Source: Patescibacteria group bacterium
Lineage (GTDB): Bacteria; Patescibacteriota; WWE3; UBA101185; UBA10185
DNA: 64,000 nt
Direction of reading: 5' to 3'
Assembly (NCBI GenBank): GCA_049322215.1
Contig: JBMORU010000001.1
Location: 580,023-644,022 of the forward strand
Below, one piece after another: positions 40,475 through 48,730 of the stretch (position 1 is its first letter; each line of letters begins with the position of its first letter). Both the position numbers and the translations under genes were made by a program. The notes under the pieces are model-generated. The model saw nothing but the letters and a program-made list of their open reading frames with translations, did no database searches and was not told the origin of the DNA.

Positions 40475-41734
40475 TTAATGTTTTAAAAAGCTGCTTATTT
40501 TACCCTTTGTGTTATCTGCTTGCAGTGTATCAGCCGTTACAATTGTAAATTCCCCAAATTTGTTGTTTATTAAATCAGAAGTTTTAATAAGTTTCTCGTT
40601 TCTTTGGTATTCTGGTAGCAAATACAAAGGTAAACTCTTTTTTTTTATTAAATTACTTATGCTTACCCCTACTAGTCTTGTTTCCCTATTCCAGTGCATG
40701 TTGGCTAAAATTTTAACGGTGGTGTCGTATATTACTTTTCCATCTTCTGTATAAGTAGCTATCGTGAAATCTTGATGGTATCCTTTTTTACTAGCATCTC
40801 TTAAGTACAACGAAATTGTTTTACCTGCCATTTTGTTTCTACGCAGCCTTCTTGCCACCATTTCCGAAAGTTTTCTCAAGTTGCGCTTAATAATTTGTAA
40901 ATCTTTTGTGTTTTTATTAAGAGTGTGTTGATGTCCTATTGATTTAGGGGCTTTTTTGATCTCGGCTTTACTAACCCTGCTGTAATCTACCCCATAACTT
41001 AAGTTTTTTAGAAATGCGCTTTCTACATTACCAAACGCTTTATAAAGAGTTTCTATATCTATATTTTGGAGATCACATACTGAATAAACACCTAAATTAT
41101 TTAGTCGATATTCAATTTGTCTTCCTATACCACAAAAATCCCTAAGTGATGCTTTTTCCAGTATTGAAAGTAAATTTTCTTGGGTGACTTCTACAATGCC
41201 ATTTGGTTTTTCCATATCAGATACTAATTTAGCTATTAACTTATTTGGGGCGATACCTATTGAGCATGTTATATAAGGGCCAAACTTTTTTTTGACTTTA
41301 TTTTTTATGTCTAAGGCAATAGCTTTAGATGACTCAAAGTTTTTTAGGATGTGCGTAATATCTAAAAATGCCTCATCTATACTGAATGGTTCTATCAAAT
41401 CGGTATACTCATTAAAAATCTTTAAACTTTCTTTTTGAATATATGTGTATTTAGTTCCATCTCCTTTAACCGGCAATATGTTGGGACACAATTCTTTTGC
41501 TTTAAATAAGGGCATACCAGTTTTTACCCCAAAAACCTTTGCTTCTTTTGAAGCGGCGCATATTATAGCTCGGCTTAAAGAACTTCCAGTTATGCCAATA
41601 GGTTTGTTCCTCAAAAAAGGATTAGCTTGCTGTTCTACAGAAGCAAAAAAAGAGTCGTAATCTATATGTAGTATGACTCTATTTTTTGTATTTTTTTGCC
41701 TTAAGTTTGTATTTTTGTTTAATGTTGGGAACAT
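40475..41734 (-). CDS. dinB: Y-family DNA polymerase IV
   Basis: ILHIDYDSFFASVE, SIDEAFLD, AKLVSDMEKPNG, little-finger RLVGV. Confidence 0.93.
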   Translation of the reverse strand: MFPTLNKNTNLRQKNTKNRVILHIDYDSFFASVEQQANPFLRNKPIGITGSSLSRAIICAASKEAKVFGVKTGMPLFKAKELCPNILPVKGDGTKYTYIQKESLKIFNEYTDLIEPFSIDEAFLDITHILKNFESSKAIALDIKNKVKKKFGPYITCSIGIAPNKLIAKLVSDMEKPNGIVEVTQENLLSILEKASLRDFCGIGRQIEYRLNNLGVYSVCDLQNIDIETLYKAFGNVESAFLKNLSYGVDYSRVSKAEIKKAPKSIGHQHTLNKNTKDLQIIKRNLRKLSEMVARRLRRNKMAGKTISLYLRDASKKGYHQDFTIATYTEDGKVIYDTTVKILANMHWNRETRLVGVSISNLIKKKSLPLYLLPEYQRNEKLIKTSDLINNKFGEFTIVTADTLQADNTKGKISSFLKH

Positions 41735-42005
41735 CGTTTAACTTGTAATCTTTTACAAACCCTTCAGAATAAACTTCTTTTATACGCCATAACAAATGTT
41801 TTGTATTAAAAGTTAATTTGAAAGCCTCGTTTTTAGTTGAAACCGCAAAGTGGTATAAAAGACTATCTCCTTCTTTTGAAGTATGTATAAAATTAATATC
41901 TTTAATTTCGTAGTCAGTACCTTTCCAGGTAAAGTACAGTGGTATTGCACCTGCATAAGTGAAGTTTACAAGTATTTCTATAGGGTCATTAACTCTTTCA
42001 AACAT
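41679..42005 (-). CDS. Small beta-rich protein co-transcribed with dinB (DUF6504-like)
   Basis: P..FTWKG..Y.I...F.L.F....WRI pattern; overlaps the dinB start. Confidence 0.65.
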   Translation of the reverse strand: MFERVNDPIEILVNFTYAGAIPLYFTWKGTDYEIKDINFIHTSKEGDSLLYHFAVSTKNEAFKLTFNTKHLLWRIKEVYSEGFVKDYKLNDVPNIKQKYKLKAKKYKK

Positions 42006-42011
42006 ATATTA

Positions 42012-42040
42012 TATATACCCGAAACTAACCCGAATGTAAA
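42012..42040 (-). promoter_or_regulatory. dinB-operon promoter with putative LexA operator TTCGG-N6-TTCGG in the spacer
   Basis: TTTACA-17bp-TATATA; the spacer is ttcgggttagtttcggg. Confidence 0.75.
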
Positions 42041-42109
42041 TATTTATTCTTGCTTTTTTTAAGTTTTTAACCTATATAATAGTAAAACCTCAATCAAAGG
42101 AGACAAATA

Positions 42110-42361
42110 ATGAGCAATAAAGTTATTAGGTATTTTTGGGCTAAGCTTGGAAGTGCCGATACGGTGCAGCACTTGTTGCAGAAAAATCGTTTGACCAGTG
42201 ACATTGAAATACTACCACCAACGCCTGCTTTTGATCCAAAGCATCAGCCGGTACGCTTTATGCACGATACCACAATGCCGTTTAATTTTGATGTAGAAGC
42301 AATGGCGCCACATACAGTAGACAGTGCCAAAATACACGATACTTCTTATAGAAGCTATTAG
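42110..42361 (+). CDS. Small hypothetical protein, tandem paralog A
   Basis: AAGGAGA SD; aligns without gaps to 42376-42633. Confidence 0.8.
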   Translation: MSNKVIRYFWAKLGSADTVQHLLQKNRLTSDIEILPPTPAFDPKHQPVRFMHDTTMPFNFDVEAMAPHTVDSAKIHDTSYRSY

Positions 42362-42375
42362 CAAGGAGGTTACTC

Positions 42376-42633
42376 GTGTCAAATATTGATTTTGGTTATT
42401 TATGGGCGAGTATTGGGAATGCTAACAAAGTACGTGATTTATTAAATAAGCACGTTCAAGCGTCTGGTGTTGAAATAATGCCCCCAGAACTTGGCTTTGA
42501 CCCACCATATCAACCTGTGGAGTTTTGTTACAACAGAAGCATACCGTTTAACCTCGATAGGTCAGTTTTTGGGCCGTATACCATAGATAACGCACGCATT
42601 CACTCGGGTACAAGAAAAGTCAAAAGATCCTGA
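42376..42633 (+). CDS. Small hypothetical protein, tandem paralog B
   Basis: AAGGAGG SD, GTG start; shared W..G.A..V..LL.K...EI.PP...FDP..QPV.F...PFN.D...P.T.D.A.IH. Confidence 0.8.
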   Translation: MSNIDFGYLWASIGNANKVRDLLNKHVQASGVEIMPPELGFDPPYQPVEFCYNRSIPFNLDRSVFGPYTIDNARIHSGTRKVKRS

Positions 42634-42639
42634 CTTGAG

Positions 42640-42675
42640 TTGCTGCTAATTGGTTTTAAAATTGATTAGCAGCAA
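42640..42675 (+). terminator. Long hairpin, terminator-like
   Basis: ttgctgctaat...attagcagcaa. Confidence 0.65.
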
Positions 42676-42717
42676 TTTAATTATTGACACCGACTTTATA
42701 TCATTATAGATTCAAAC

Positions 42718-42866
42718 TAGTTTAAACTACGACGGCCTTTGGAAAGCCAGAGTTTTAATTTAATATTAAGCGGACTGTTTACAGTCAAGCGGGGTGGAAC
42801 CGCGCAAGTTTACACTTTCGTCCCCGAATTTATATAATAGATTTGGTGGTAGATAAGTGTTTTTTT
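42718..42866 (+). ncRNA. T-box riboswitch (compact) upstream of glycyl-tRNA synthetase
   Basis: T-box sequence AAGCGGGGTGGAACCGCG at 42787-42804, antiterminator partner CGTCCCCG at 42819-42826, stem III gactgt/acagtc, terminator + T7; TTGACA at 42684. Confidence 0.85.
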
Positions 42867-44339
42867 ATGTCTGAAATAACTCTTCAAAAAATAGTAGCTC
42901 TAGCTAAGCGCCGTGGATTTGTATTTCCGGGTTCGGAAATATATGGCGGACTTGCTAACACCTATGATATGGGACCTTTAGGGGTTGAATTACTTCGTAA
43001 TATTCAAAATTCCTGGTGGAAAACTTTTGTGCATAATAGAGAAGATATAGTTGGTTTAGATACAAGTATTTTGATGTCTCCTCGTGTTTGGGAAGCCTCT
43101 GGTCACACGCAAAGCTTTACTGATGTACTAATCGATTGTAAAGAATGTAAAACACGCACTAGAGCAGATCACTTGATTGAAGACTGGTTTGCGGAGTCAA
43201 AGCGGGAGCTTGCCCGTAATGATGAAAAAGGTAAGGGGACTTATGTTGCGCATGTGGAAACCGAGGTAGGGTCTTTAAATGCCGCGCTAGATTCTAGTGC
43301 TGAAATTAACCAATCTGTCGAAGGACTTTCCCCAGAAGAATTAGAAAAAATAATTAAAACAAACAAAATAACATGTCCTTCATGCAAGAAACTTAATTGG
43401 ACTAAACCTCGCGCATTTAATTTATTATTTGAAACAAATGTGGGAATAGTAGAAGAAAGTCAGTCAAAAGTTTATTTGCGAGGAGAAATAGCTCAAGGAA
43501 TGTTTGTAAATTTTAAAAATGTGCTAGATACTGTGCGTCCTAAACTACCTTTTGGTATTGCTCAATCAGGTAAAGCCTTTAGAAATGAAATAACTTTAGG
43601 TAATTTTATATTTAGAACTCTTGAATTTAACTTAGCCGAATTTGAATACTTTATAGACCCTAAAGAATCTTCATGGGAAGAAGTTTTTGAATACTGGCAG
43701 GATGAAGTAAAAGCTTGGGTTTTGTCATTAGGTATAGACAGCAAAAAACTTAAATGGCGTCCACATACAGATGAAGAGCGTGCACATTATTCTACAAGAA
43801 CAGAAGATATAGACTTTGAGTTTCCAATGGGTTTTAAAGAAATGGCTGCAGTTGCATATAGAACTGATTACGACCTACGCAATCACATGGAAAAATCAGG
43901 CCAGGATATGCGCTACACAAACCCTCAAACCGGTGAAAAATTTATACCACACGTTATAGAACCTACCTTTGGTATTAATCGCGTGTTTTTAGCTTTACTG
44001 GTAGATGCTTATGCAGAAGAAGAAAATAGAACAGTTTTAAAACTCGATCCTAAAATTGCACCTTATAGAGCAGCGGTGTTTCCTTTAGTACGAAATAAAC
44101 CTGAAATTACCGATTATGCACGCAAAGTGTTTTCACAACTTTCCAACATCGTAAACGTTGCTTGGGATGATCGTGGTAATATAGGTAAGCGCTATTTAAG
44201 CCAAGATGAAATTGGAACCCCATATTGCATAACTGTTGATTATGATACTTTACAGGACAACTCCGTTACAGTAAGGCATAGAGATACAACCAAACAAGAA
44301 CGTGTCTCAGTAGATAATCTCATTAAGTACATTAGCTAA
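42867..44339 (+). CDS. glyS: Glycine--tRNA ligase (homodimeric, eukaryote/archaea-like type)
   Basis: KRRGFVFPGSEIYGG, YLRGEIAQG, GKAFRNEIT, PHVIEP, IGKRY...DEIGTP. Confidence 0.95.
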   Translation: MSEITLQKIVALAKRRGFVFPGSEIYGGLANTYDMGPLGVELLRNIQNSWWKTFVHNREDIVGLDTSILMSPRVWEASGHTQSFTDVLIDCKECKTRTRADHLIEDWFAESKRELARNDEKGKGTYVAHVETEVGSLNAALDSSAEINQSVEGLSPEELEKIIKTNKITCPSCKKLNWTKPRAFNLLFETNVGIVEESQSKVYLRGEIAQGMFVNFKNVLDTVRPKLPFGIAQSGKAFRNEITLGNFIFRTLEFNLAEFEYFIDPKESSWEEVFEYWQDEVKAWVLSLGIDSKKLKWRPHTDEERAHYSTRTEDIDFEFPMGFKEMAAVAYRTDYDLRNHMEKSGQDMRYTNPQTGEKFIPHVIEPTFGINRVFLALLVDAYAEEENRTVLKLDPKIAPYRAAVFPLVRNKPEITDYARKVFSQLSNIVNVAWDDRGNIGKRYLSQDEIGTPYCITVDYDTLQDNSVTVRHRDTTKQERVSVDNLIKYIS

Positions 44340-44359
44340 ATATTTCTTTTACTCAATCT

Positions 44360-45748
44360 ATGGAAAGTAAAGTATTACAAGCAAAAAATTTCGCTGCTGC
44401 GTTTCATAAAGACCATATAAGGATTTCAGGGGAAAGCCTTTATGATCATCTTTTAAGAGTTTTTAATAAACTTGAAGATTCAGGTGTAACTAATGAAGAC
44501 ATTTTAGCAGCATCACTGCTTCATCATATAAATGAGTATTCGCCAAAAAAGGAGTTTCTACTAAATGAGTTTGGGCATAGAGTTTTAGAAATTGTAACCG
44601 TTTATAACAAATTATCTAGTTACCATGTAGAACTAAACACGCCAAGAAAGTTTAATGAAAAATTTATTATTCAAACTTTTTTAAATTTAGCCCGCGATTT
44701 AGACGTTTTAGCAATTAGATTTGCGGACAGAGCCGATAATGTGGAAACTTCCTATGTATTTCCTAAAGAAAAACGTAAGGATATTGCGCTAAGAGCAATG
44801 AATATATACTCACCTATATGCCGGTTTTTAGGCTTAAATAATTTTGTAAAAAGTATGGAAAATGAGTCTTTTAAAATTTTACAACCTTCTGATTACCATA
44901 AAATAAAAAGATATGTAGAACAGTTACGTCCAGATGTTGAAGATTTTTTCGAAGATGCGGAAAACGTTTTGATATCTTTATTGGGGGAAAAACAAATTAG
45001 CGCTCAGGTTTATAGTAGATTTAAGCATTATTATTCTATATATAGAAAATTTAAAAAACTGTATACGCGTGGTGAAGTAAAAAATATTAATGCAATGAGT
45101 GCTTACGATTTGGCAGCCTTGCGTGTAATAGTTGACCGTGTTGAGCATTGTTATGAGGTAGAGGATGTTTTAAGCACCCTTTGGGATCCAGTTTCCACGA
45201 CTAGAGATGATTACATTCAAAGCCCAAAACCAAATGGTTATAAATCTTTGCAATGCTCGTATAAAGTAGCACATGCTTTTAATGCAGAATTTCAAATTCG
45301 TACAAAAGATATGCACGAACACAACGAATTTGGTTTAGCAAGTCATGCTTTTTACAAAATTGGTACAAGTTTTAAAGAAAATCTAGAAAAAGACCCAACT
45401 TGGTTAAAAAAACTAAACTATTGGGAAACTGAAGCTATAAATAAAGAACTAGAGCATAAACCTGTTGCGAACAAGATTTATATATTTAGTCCAAAAGGTG
45501 ATATTTTTGAGCTTCCCTGCGGTGCCTTGGTTTTAGATTTTGCTTATGCACTTCATGCTGACATTGGGCATGGCTGTGTTGGTGCTACAGTAAATGGAAA
45601 AATAGCGAAAATAACAGACCGTCTAACCGATGGAGACACCGTTGAAATTAAAGTTTCTAAAAGTAAACGAATGCCAAGCAAAGACTGGTTAGAGGTTGTA
45701 CAAACAAAAAAAGCTAAAGCGTTAATACGAAAAAGATTAAAAAAATAG
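44360..45748 (+). CDS. RelA/SpoT homolog (HD-SYNTH-TGS, lacking ZFD/ACT)
   Basis: RFKHYYSIYRK, DLAALRV, DYIQSPKPNGYKSL, EFQIRT, TGS LDFAYALH..IG. Confidence 0.88.
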   Translation: MESKVLQAKNFAAAFHKDHIRISGESLYDHLLRVFNKLEDSGVTNEDILAASLLHHINEYSPKKEFLLNEFGHRVLEIVTVYNKLSSYHVELNTPRKFNEKFIIQTFLNLARDLDVLAIRFADRADNVETSYVFPKEKRKDIALRAMNIYSPICRFLGLNNFVKSMENESFKILQPSDYHKIKRYVEQLRPDVEDFFEDAENVLISLLGEKQISAQVYSRFKHYYSIYRKFKKLYTRGEVKNINAMSAYDLAALRVIVDRVEHCYEVEDVLSTLWDPVSTTRDDYIQSPKPNGYKSLQCSYKVAHAFNAEFQIRTKDMHEHNEFGLASHAFYKIGTSFKENLEKDPTWLKKLNYWETEAINKELEHKPVANKIYIFSPKGDIFELPCGALVLDFAYALHADIGHGCVGATVNGKIAKITDRLTDGDTVEIKVSKSKRMPSKDWLEVVQTKKAKALIRKRLKK

Positions 45749-45784
45749 GGCTAATTGTTTAGTTTTATGTAAACAATTAACCCT
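45747..45784. terminator. Long hairpin between convergent genes
   Basis: aggg.taattgttta / taaacaatta.ccct. Confidence 0.65.
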
Positions 45785-45791
45785 TATGTTA

Positions 45792-46193
45792 TTAGCGTTT
45801 AAATATCTTGAGTGCAATGACAAACGTCATACTGGATCCTGTGGTTATTGCACCTCCAACGGCTACCATGAGCGTTGTGAATAAAATCACGTTTGGCCGT
45901 GCAAATGATGCCACTAGGTCTGCGCGCCCATCCAGTTGGCTAAGAGCAGCATCCGCTACGGTAAAACTTATACCTGCAAACATAATGTTGAGTATCAGCC
46001 CAACCAAAAATAATATTGCAGCTACCACGAATGTAATGCCCGCATAATATGCTACTTGTGCCCCTTTTTCCACTGCTTCTGCAATGCCTTTTTTGAAGCC
46101 TACAAGCGCAATGTATACTAGGACAAGTGTAGGAATGCCCATTGTTGCCAGCAAAATTTCTCCCACTGCCCACCAACGAATGTAATAATCCAT
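45792..46193 (-). CDS. Hypothetical 3-TM membrane protein
   Basis: AAGGAGA SD before the ATG at 46193; hydrophobic helices. Confidence 0.7.
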   Translation of the reverse strand: MDYYIRWWAVGEILLATMGIPTLVLVYIALVGFKKGIAEAVEKGAQVAYYAGITFVVAAILFLVGLILNIMFAGISFTVADAALSQLDGRADLVASFARPNVILFTTLMVAVGGAITTGSSMTFVIALKIFKR

Positions 46194-46222
46194 TTTTGTG
46201 TTTCTCCTTATTTTTATTCGTT

Positions 46223-46534
46223 TTAGTTTATTTGTTTGTTTGCAAAGATTCTGTGACAAAATTTTGTGACTAAGTTCCAAAATAGCGCTGTTAGCGAATT
46301 AAAAAACATAGTTACTGTAAAGAATGTCCAGAAAATTAAATCGCCCCACGAAAATTCTACTACAAAAATTTTTGCGACGATTATACCAACAATTGCAAGC
46401 CCTGAACCTTTTATTGCGAAAAAAGCTAAGTTTTTTGCTTCTTCGCATTTACCTTGAATTACGCTTAAATACACGTAAATTCCGGAATACAGGGCATTAG
46501 CAGCAAAAACTATAAGTAAGTCTAAAATGGTCAT
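46223..46534 (-). CDS. Hypothetical 3-TM membrane protein
   Basis: TTTACT-17-TATAAT promoter, AAGGAG SD. Confidence 0.7.
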   Translation of the reverse strand: MTILDLLIVFAANALYSGIYVYLSVIQGKCEEAKNLAFFAIKGSGLAIVGIIVAKIFVVEFSWGDLIFWTFFTVTMFFNSLTALFWNLVTKFCHRIFANKQIN

Positions 46535-46596
46535 TTCGCTCCTTATTTAACCTATAGTTTATCAATTATACTCCTAATAAAGTTTTTAGTAAAATT

Positions 46597-46640
46597 GAAA
46601 AAAAGAGCCGATAACTCTTTAATAGTAGATTATCGGCTCT
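46597..46640 (-). terminator. Long-stem intrinsic terminator (minus strand)
   Basis: agagccgataa / ttatcggctct with A-run on + (U tract on -). Confidence 0.75.
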
Positions 46641-46854
46641 ATTTACTGACTTTTATGACAATAGAAATCAGCGCTATTATTATTAAACCAGTTAAGAAAC
46701 TTCCAAAATTTAGAAACAACATTCCAATCCAGTTAAACATTGGTGCGATGCTTCTTTCTACCAATACGTTGTCGATAACTGGTATTACAAGTGTAAAAAA
46801 CAAAAAAGTTAATACGCCTGCTAGCCCATAATCTATTAAACGCCAGTTTCTCAT
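46639..46854 (-). CDS. Small 2-TM hypothetical protein
   Basis: TGcTATACT -10, AAGGAGA SD before the ATG at 46854. Confidence 0.65.
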   Translation of the reverse strand: MRNWRLIDYGLAGVLTFLFFTLVIPVIDNVLVERSIAPMFNWIGMLFLNFGSFLTGLIIIALISIVIKVSK

Positions 46855-46910
46855 TTGTTTTCTCCTTTTAGTATTTGCTTGTAGTATAGCATTTTCGGGT
46901 TCTGTTTGTA

Positions 46911-46963
46911 TTGACAATGGATGCTCTATGGTGGAATATGGATAACATATGGTGAACTGTGGT
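46911..46963 (+). promoter_or_regulatory. mraZ promoter with MraZ-box repeats
   Basis: TTGACA at 46911; five (A/G)TGG units at 46917, 46928, 46938, 46949, 46959 (10-11 nt period). Confidence 0.75.
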
Positions 46964-47035
46964 GAAAGAGCCTTTAGTCTTTGAACTGCCTTTAAAGACT
47001 GTGATCTATCGATCTAACTGCCTCAGGCTCTTTCA
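46963..47035 (+). ncRNA. Putative structured 5' leader of mraZ (three-way junction)
   Basis: 11-bp perfect closing stem tgaaagagcct/aggctctttca with two inner hairpins. Confidence 0.5.
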
Positions 47036-47058
47036 ACCCCATTCATGAAAATACGATT

Positions 47059-47469
47059 ATGAGAATGTTTCTTGGGGAATACAATCCAAATATTACCGAA
47101 GGTTCTCGTTTAGCACTGCCCAAGAAACTACGAGATCAAATTACAGGTGATGAAGTTATCCTTTCTAGAGGGTTTGAAAAGTGTATTTTCATTTATGCAA
47201 AAGAAGATTGGGTAAACGAAGCATCAAAGCAAATTGAAAATCCTATAACTGATATTCGAACACGAGATTTAAAGCGTTATATGTATGCATCTGCTGCAGA
47301 ATCTTCTATAGATACCCAAGGACGCTTAGTAGTTCCAGCAAATTTAAAAGAGTATGCAGGTCTTTCAAAAGAAACGGCCGTAATTGGTGCTGGTGACCAT
47401 ATAGAAATTTGGGATGCAAGTTATTGGAAGACTCACTTAGAAAAAATTTCGAGGGATTTAGCTGCCTAA
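47059..47469 (+). CDS. mraZ: Transcriptional regulator MraZ
   Basis: MFLGEY, RLALPKKLR, RGFEKC, DTQGRLVVP..L.EYAGL, GAGDHIEIW. Confidence 0.95.
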   Translation: MRMFLGEYNPNITEGSRLALPKKLRDQITGDEVILSRGFEKCIFIYAKEDWVNEASKQIENPITDIRTRDLKRYMYASAAESSIDTQGRLVVPANLKEYAGLSKETAVIGAGDHIEIWDASYWKTHLEKISRDLAA

Positions 47470-47480
47470 TTTCAATTCAA

Positions 47481-48398
47481 ATGAATGGTACATTTCACGA
47501 ACCTGTATTGCTTAACGAAGTTTTACATTTTTTAGATGTAAAACCCGGGAAAAAGTATATTGACTGCACTTTAGGGGATGCCGGGCACACTATAGAAATT
47601 TTAAAATTAGGTGGTAAAGTGCTGGGTTTTGATTATAGCGAAGAATCCATATCAAGAGCTGAAAACCGCATATCACAGTTAGGATTAAAAGAAAATTTTA
47701 AGGCAGTACAAAAGAACTTTAAAAATATTGATACAGTGGCCAGTGAAAATGACTTCGACGTAGTTGAGGGTGTGCTTTTTGACTTAGGATACAGTTCTTA
47801 TCAACTCGACAAAGGGGAAAAAGGCTTATCTTTTTTAAGAAATGAAAATTTAGATATGCGTTTATCTAATGAGTTTACAGTCACGGCTGCTGATTTAATT
47901 AATGCTTTGCCCGAAACCGAACTTGTTCGTTTGTTTAGAGTTTATGGAGAAGAGATTTTAGCTAAAAGGTTTGCAAGTGCAATAGTTAAAGCTCGTAGGT
48001 TGAAGAAGCTTACGTCTACCAAGGATCTTACAGATATATTGGTAAAAGAAGCTCCTCCAGGTTATGAGCATAAAAGGATTCATCCTGCAACTCGTGTGTT
48101 TCAAGCACTCCGAATTGCAGTAAATGATGAGCTTGAAAGCTTAAAAGTGTCACTGCCCCGTGCCGCGCACTTACTAAGGAGTCCTTTAACGGATTCTGAA
48201 GGCTCTATACTGCCTGGCGGGCGAATGCTTGTTATTACTTTTCATTCGCTCGAAGATAGAGTGGTCAAAAACTTTGGTCAAAGTGCGCGGCATACGATTA
48301 AGCTTGTAAATGAAAAGCTTGTCGTTCCTGGGGAGAAAGAACTTGAATTTAATAGGAGATCCAGAAGTGCAAAAATGCGCGTTTTCGAAAAAATTTAA
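47481..48398 (+). CDS. rsmH: 16S rRNA m4C1402 methyltransferase
   Basis: HEPVLL.EV, DCTLG.AGH, DLGYSS.QLD, HPATRVFQALRIAVN, FHSLEDR, RSRSAKMR. Confidence 0.95.
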   Translation: MNGTFHEPVLLNEVLHFLDVKPGKKYIDCTLGDAGHTIEILKLGGKVLGFDYSEESISRAENRISQLGLKENFKAVQKNFKNIDTVASENDFDVVEGVLFDLGYSSYQLDKGEKGLSFLRNENLDMRLSNEFTVTAADLINALPETELVRLFRVYGEEILAKRFASAIVKARRLKKLTSTKDLTDILVKEAPPGYEHKRIHPATRVFQALRIAVNDELESLKVSLPRAAHLLRSPLTDSEGSILPGGRMLVITFHSLEDRVVKNFGQSARHTIKLVNEKLVVPGEKELEFNRRSRSAKMRVFEKI

Positions 48399-48405
48399 TA
48401 GGGAA

Positions 48406-48729
48406 TTGAATATAGGTTGGTTACAAAATAAGTACTCTCTTTGCAAGTTTGCTGCCAGACTTTCATTTTTGTTTTTAATAGTGAGTTTATTCGCTCAAAT
48501 ATATGTGACTAATAAAGCTGCAGTCAAAAGTGTTGATATGGGTGATTTAGCTTCGTCAAAGGTACAATTAGAAAAAGACATTCAAACATTAAATCTTAAA
48601 TTGTCTGAAGTTTCTTCTTTATCTTATATTGAAGCAAAAGCTCTTGCCAATGGGTTTGTACCTCAAGAAGGTGCTGTTCAGGTTTTAGGGCCTATACCGT
48701 TTGCTGCTGCTACACCGTCATCTTTGTAG
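48406..48729 (+). CDS. ftsL: FtsL-like cell division protein (start uncertain)
   Basis: TM + coiled coil + IE.KA...GF; located between rsmH and ftsI. Confidence 0.6.
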   Translation: MNIGWLQNKYSLCKFAARLSFLFLIVSLFAQIYVTNKAAVKSVDMGDLASSKVQLEKDIQTLNLKLSEVSSLSYIEAKALANGFVPQEGAVQVLGPIPFAAATPSSL

Positions 48730-48730
48730 T

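Noticed and set aside
46917-46963. Periodic TGG repeats as a CRISPR or novel repeat
   Set aside because: Explained by MraZ-binding boxes upstream of mraZ; no CRISPR array or cas gene was seen in the window.
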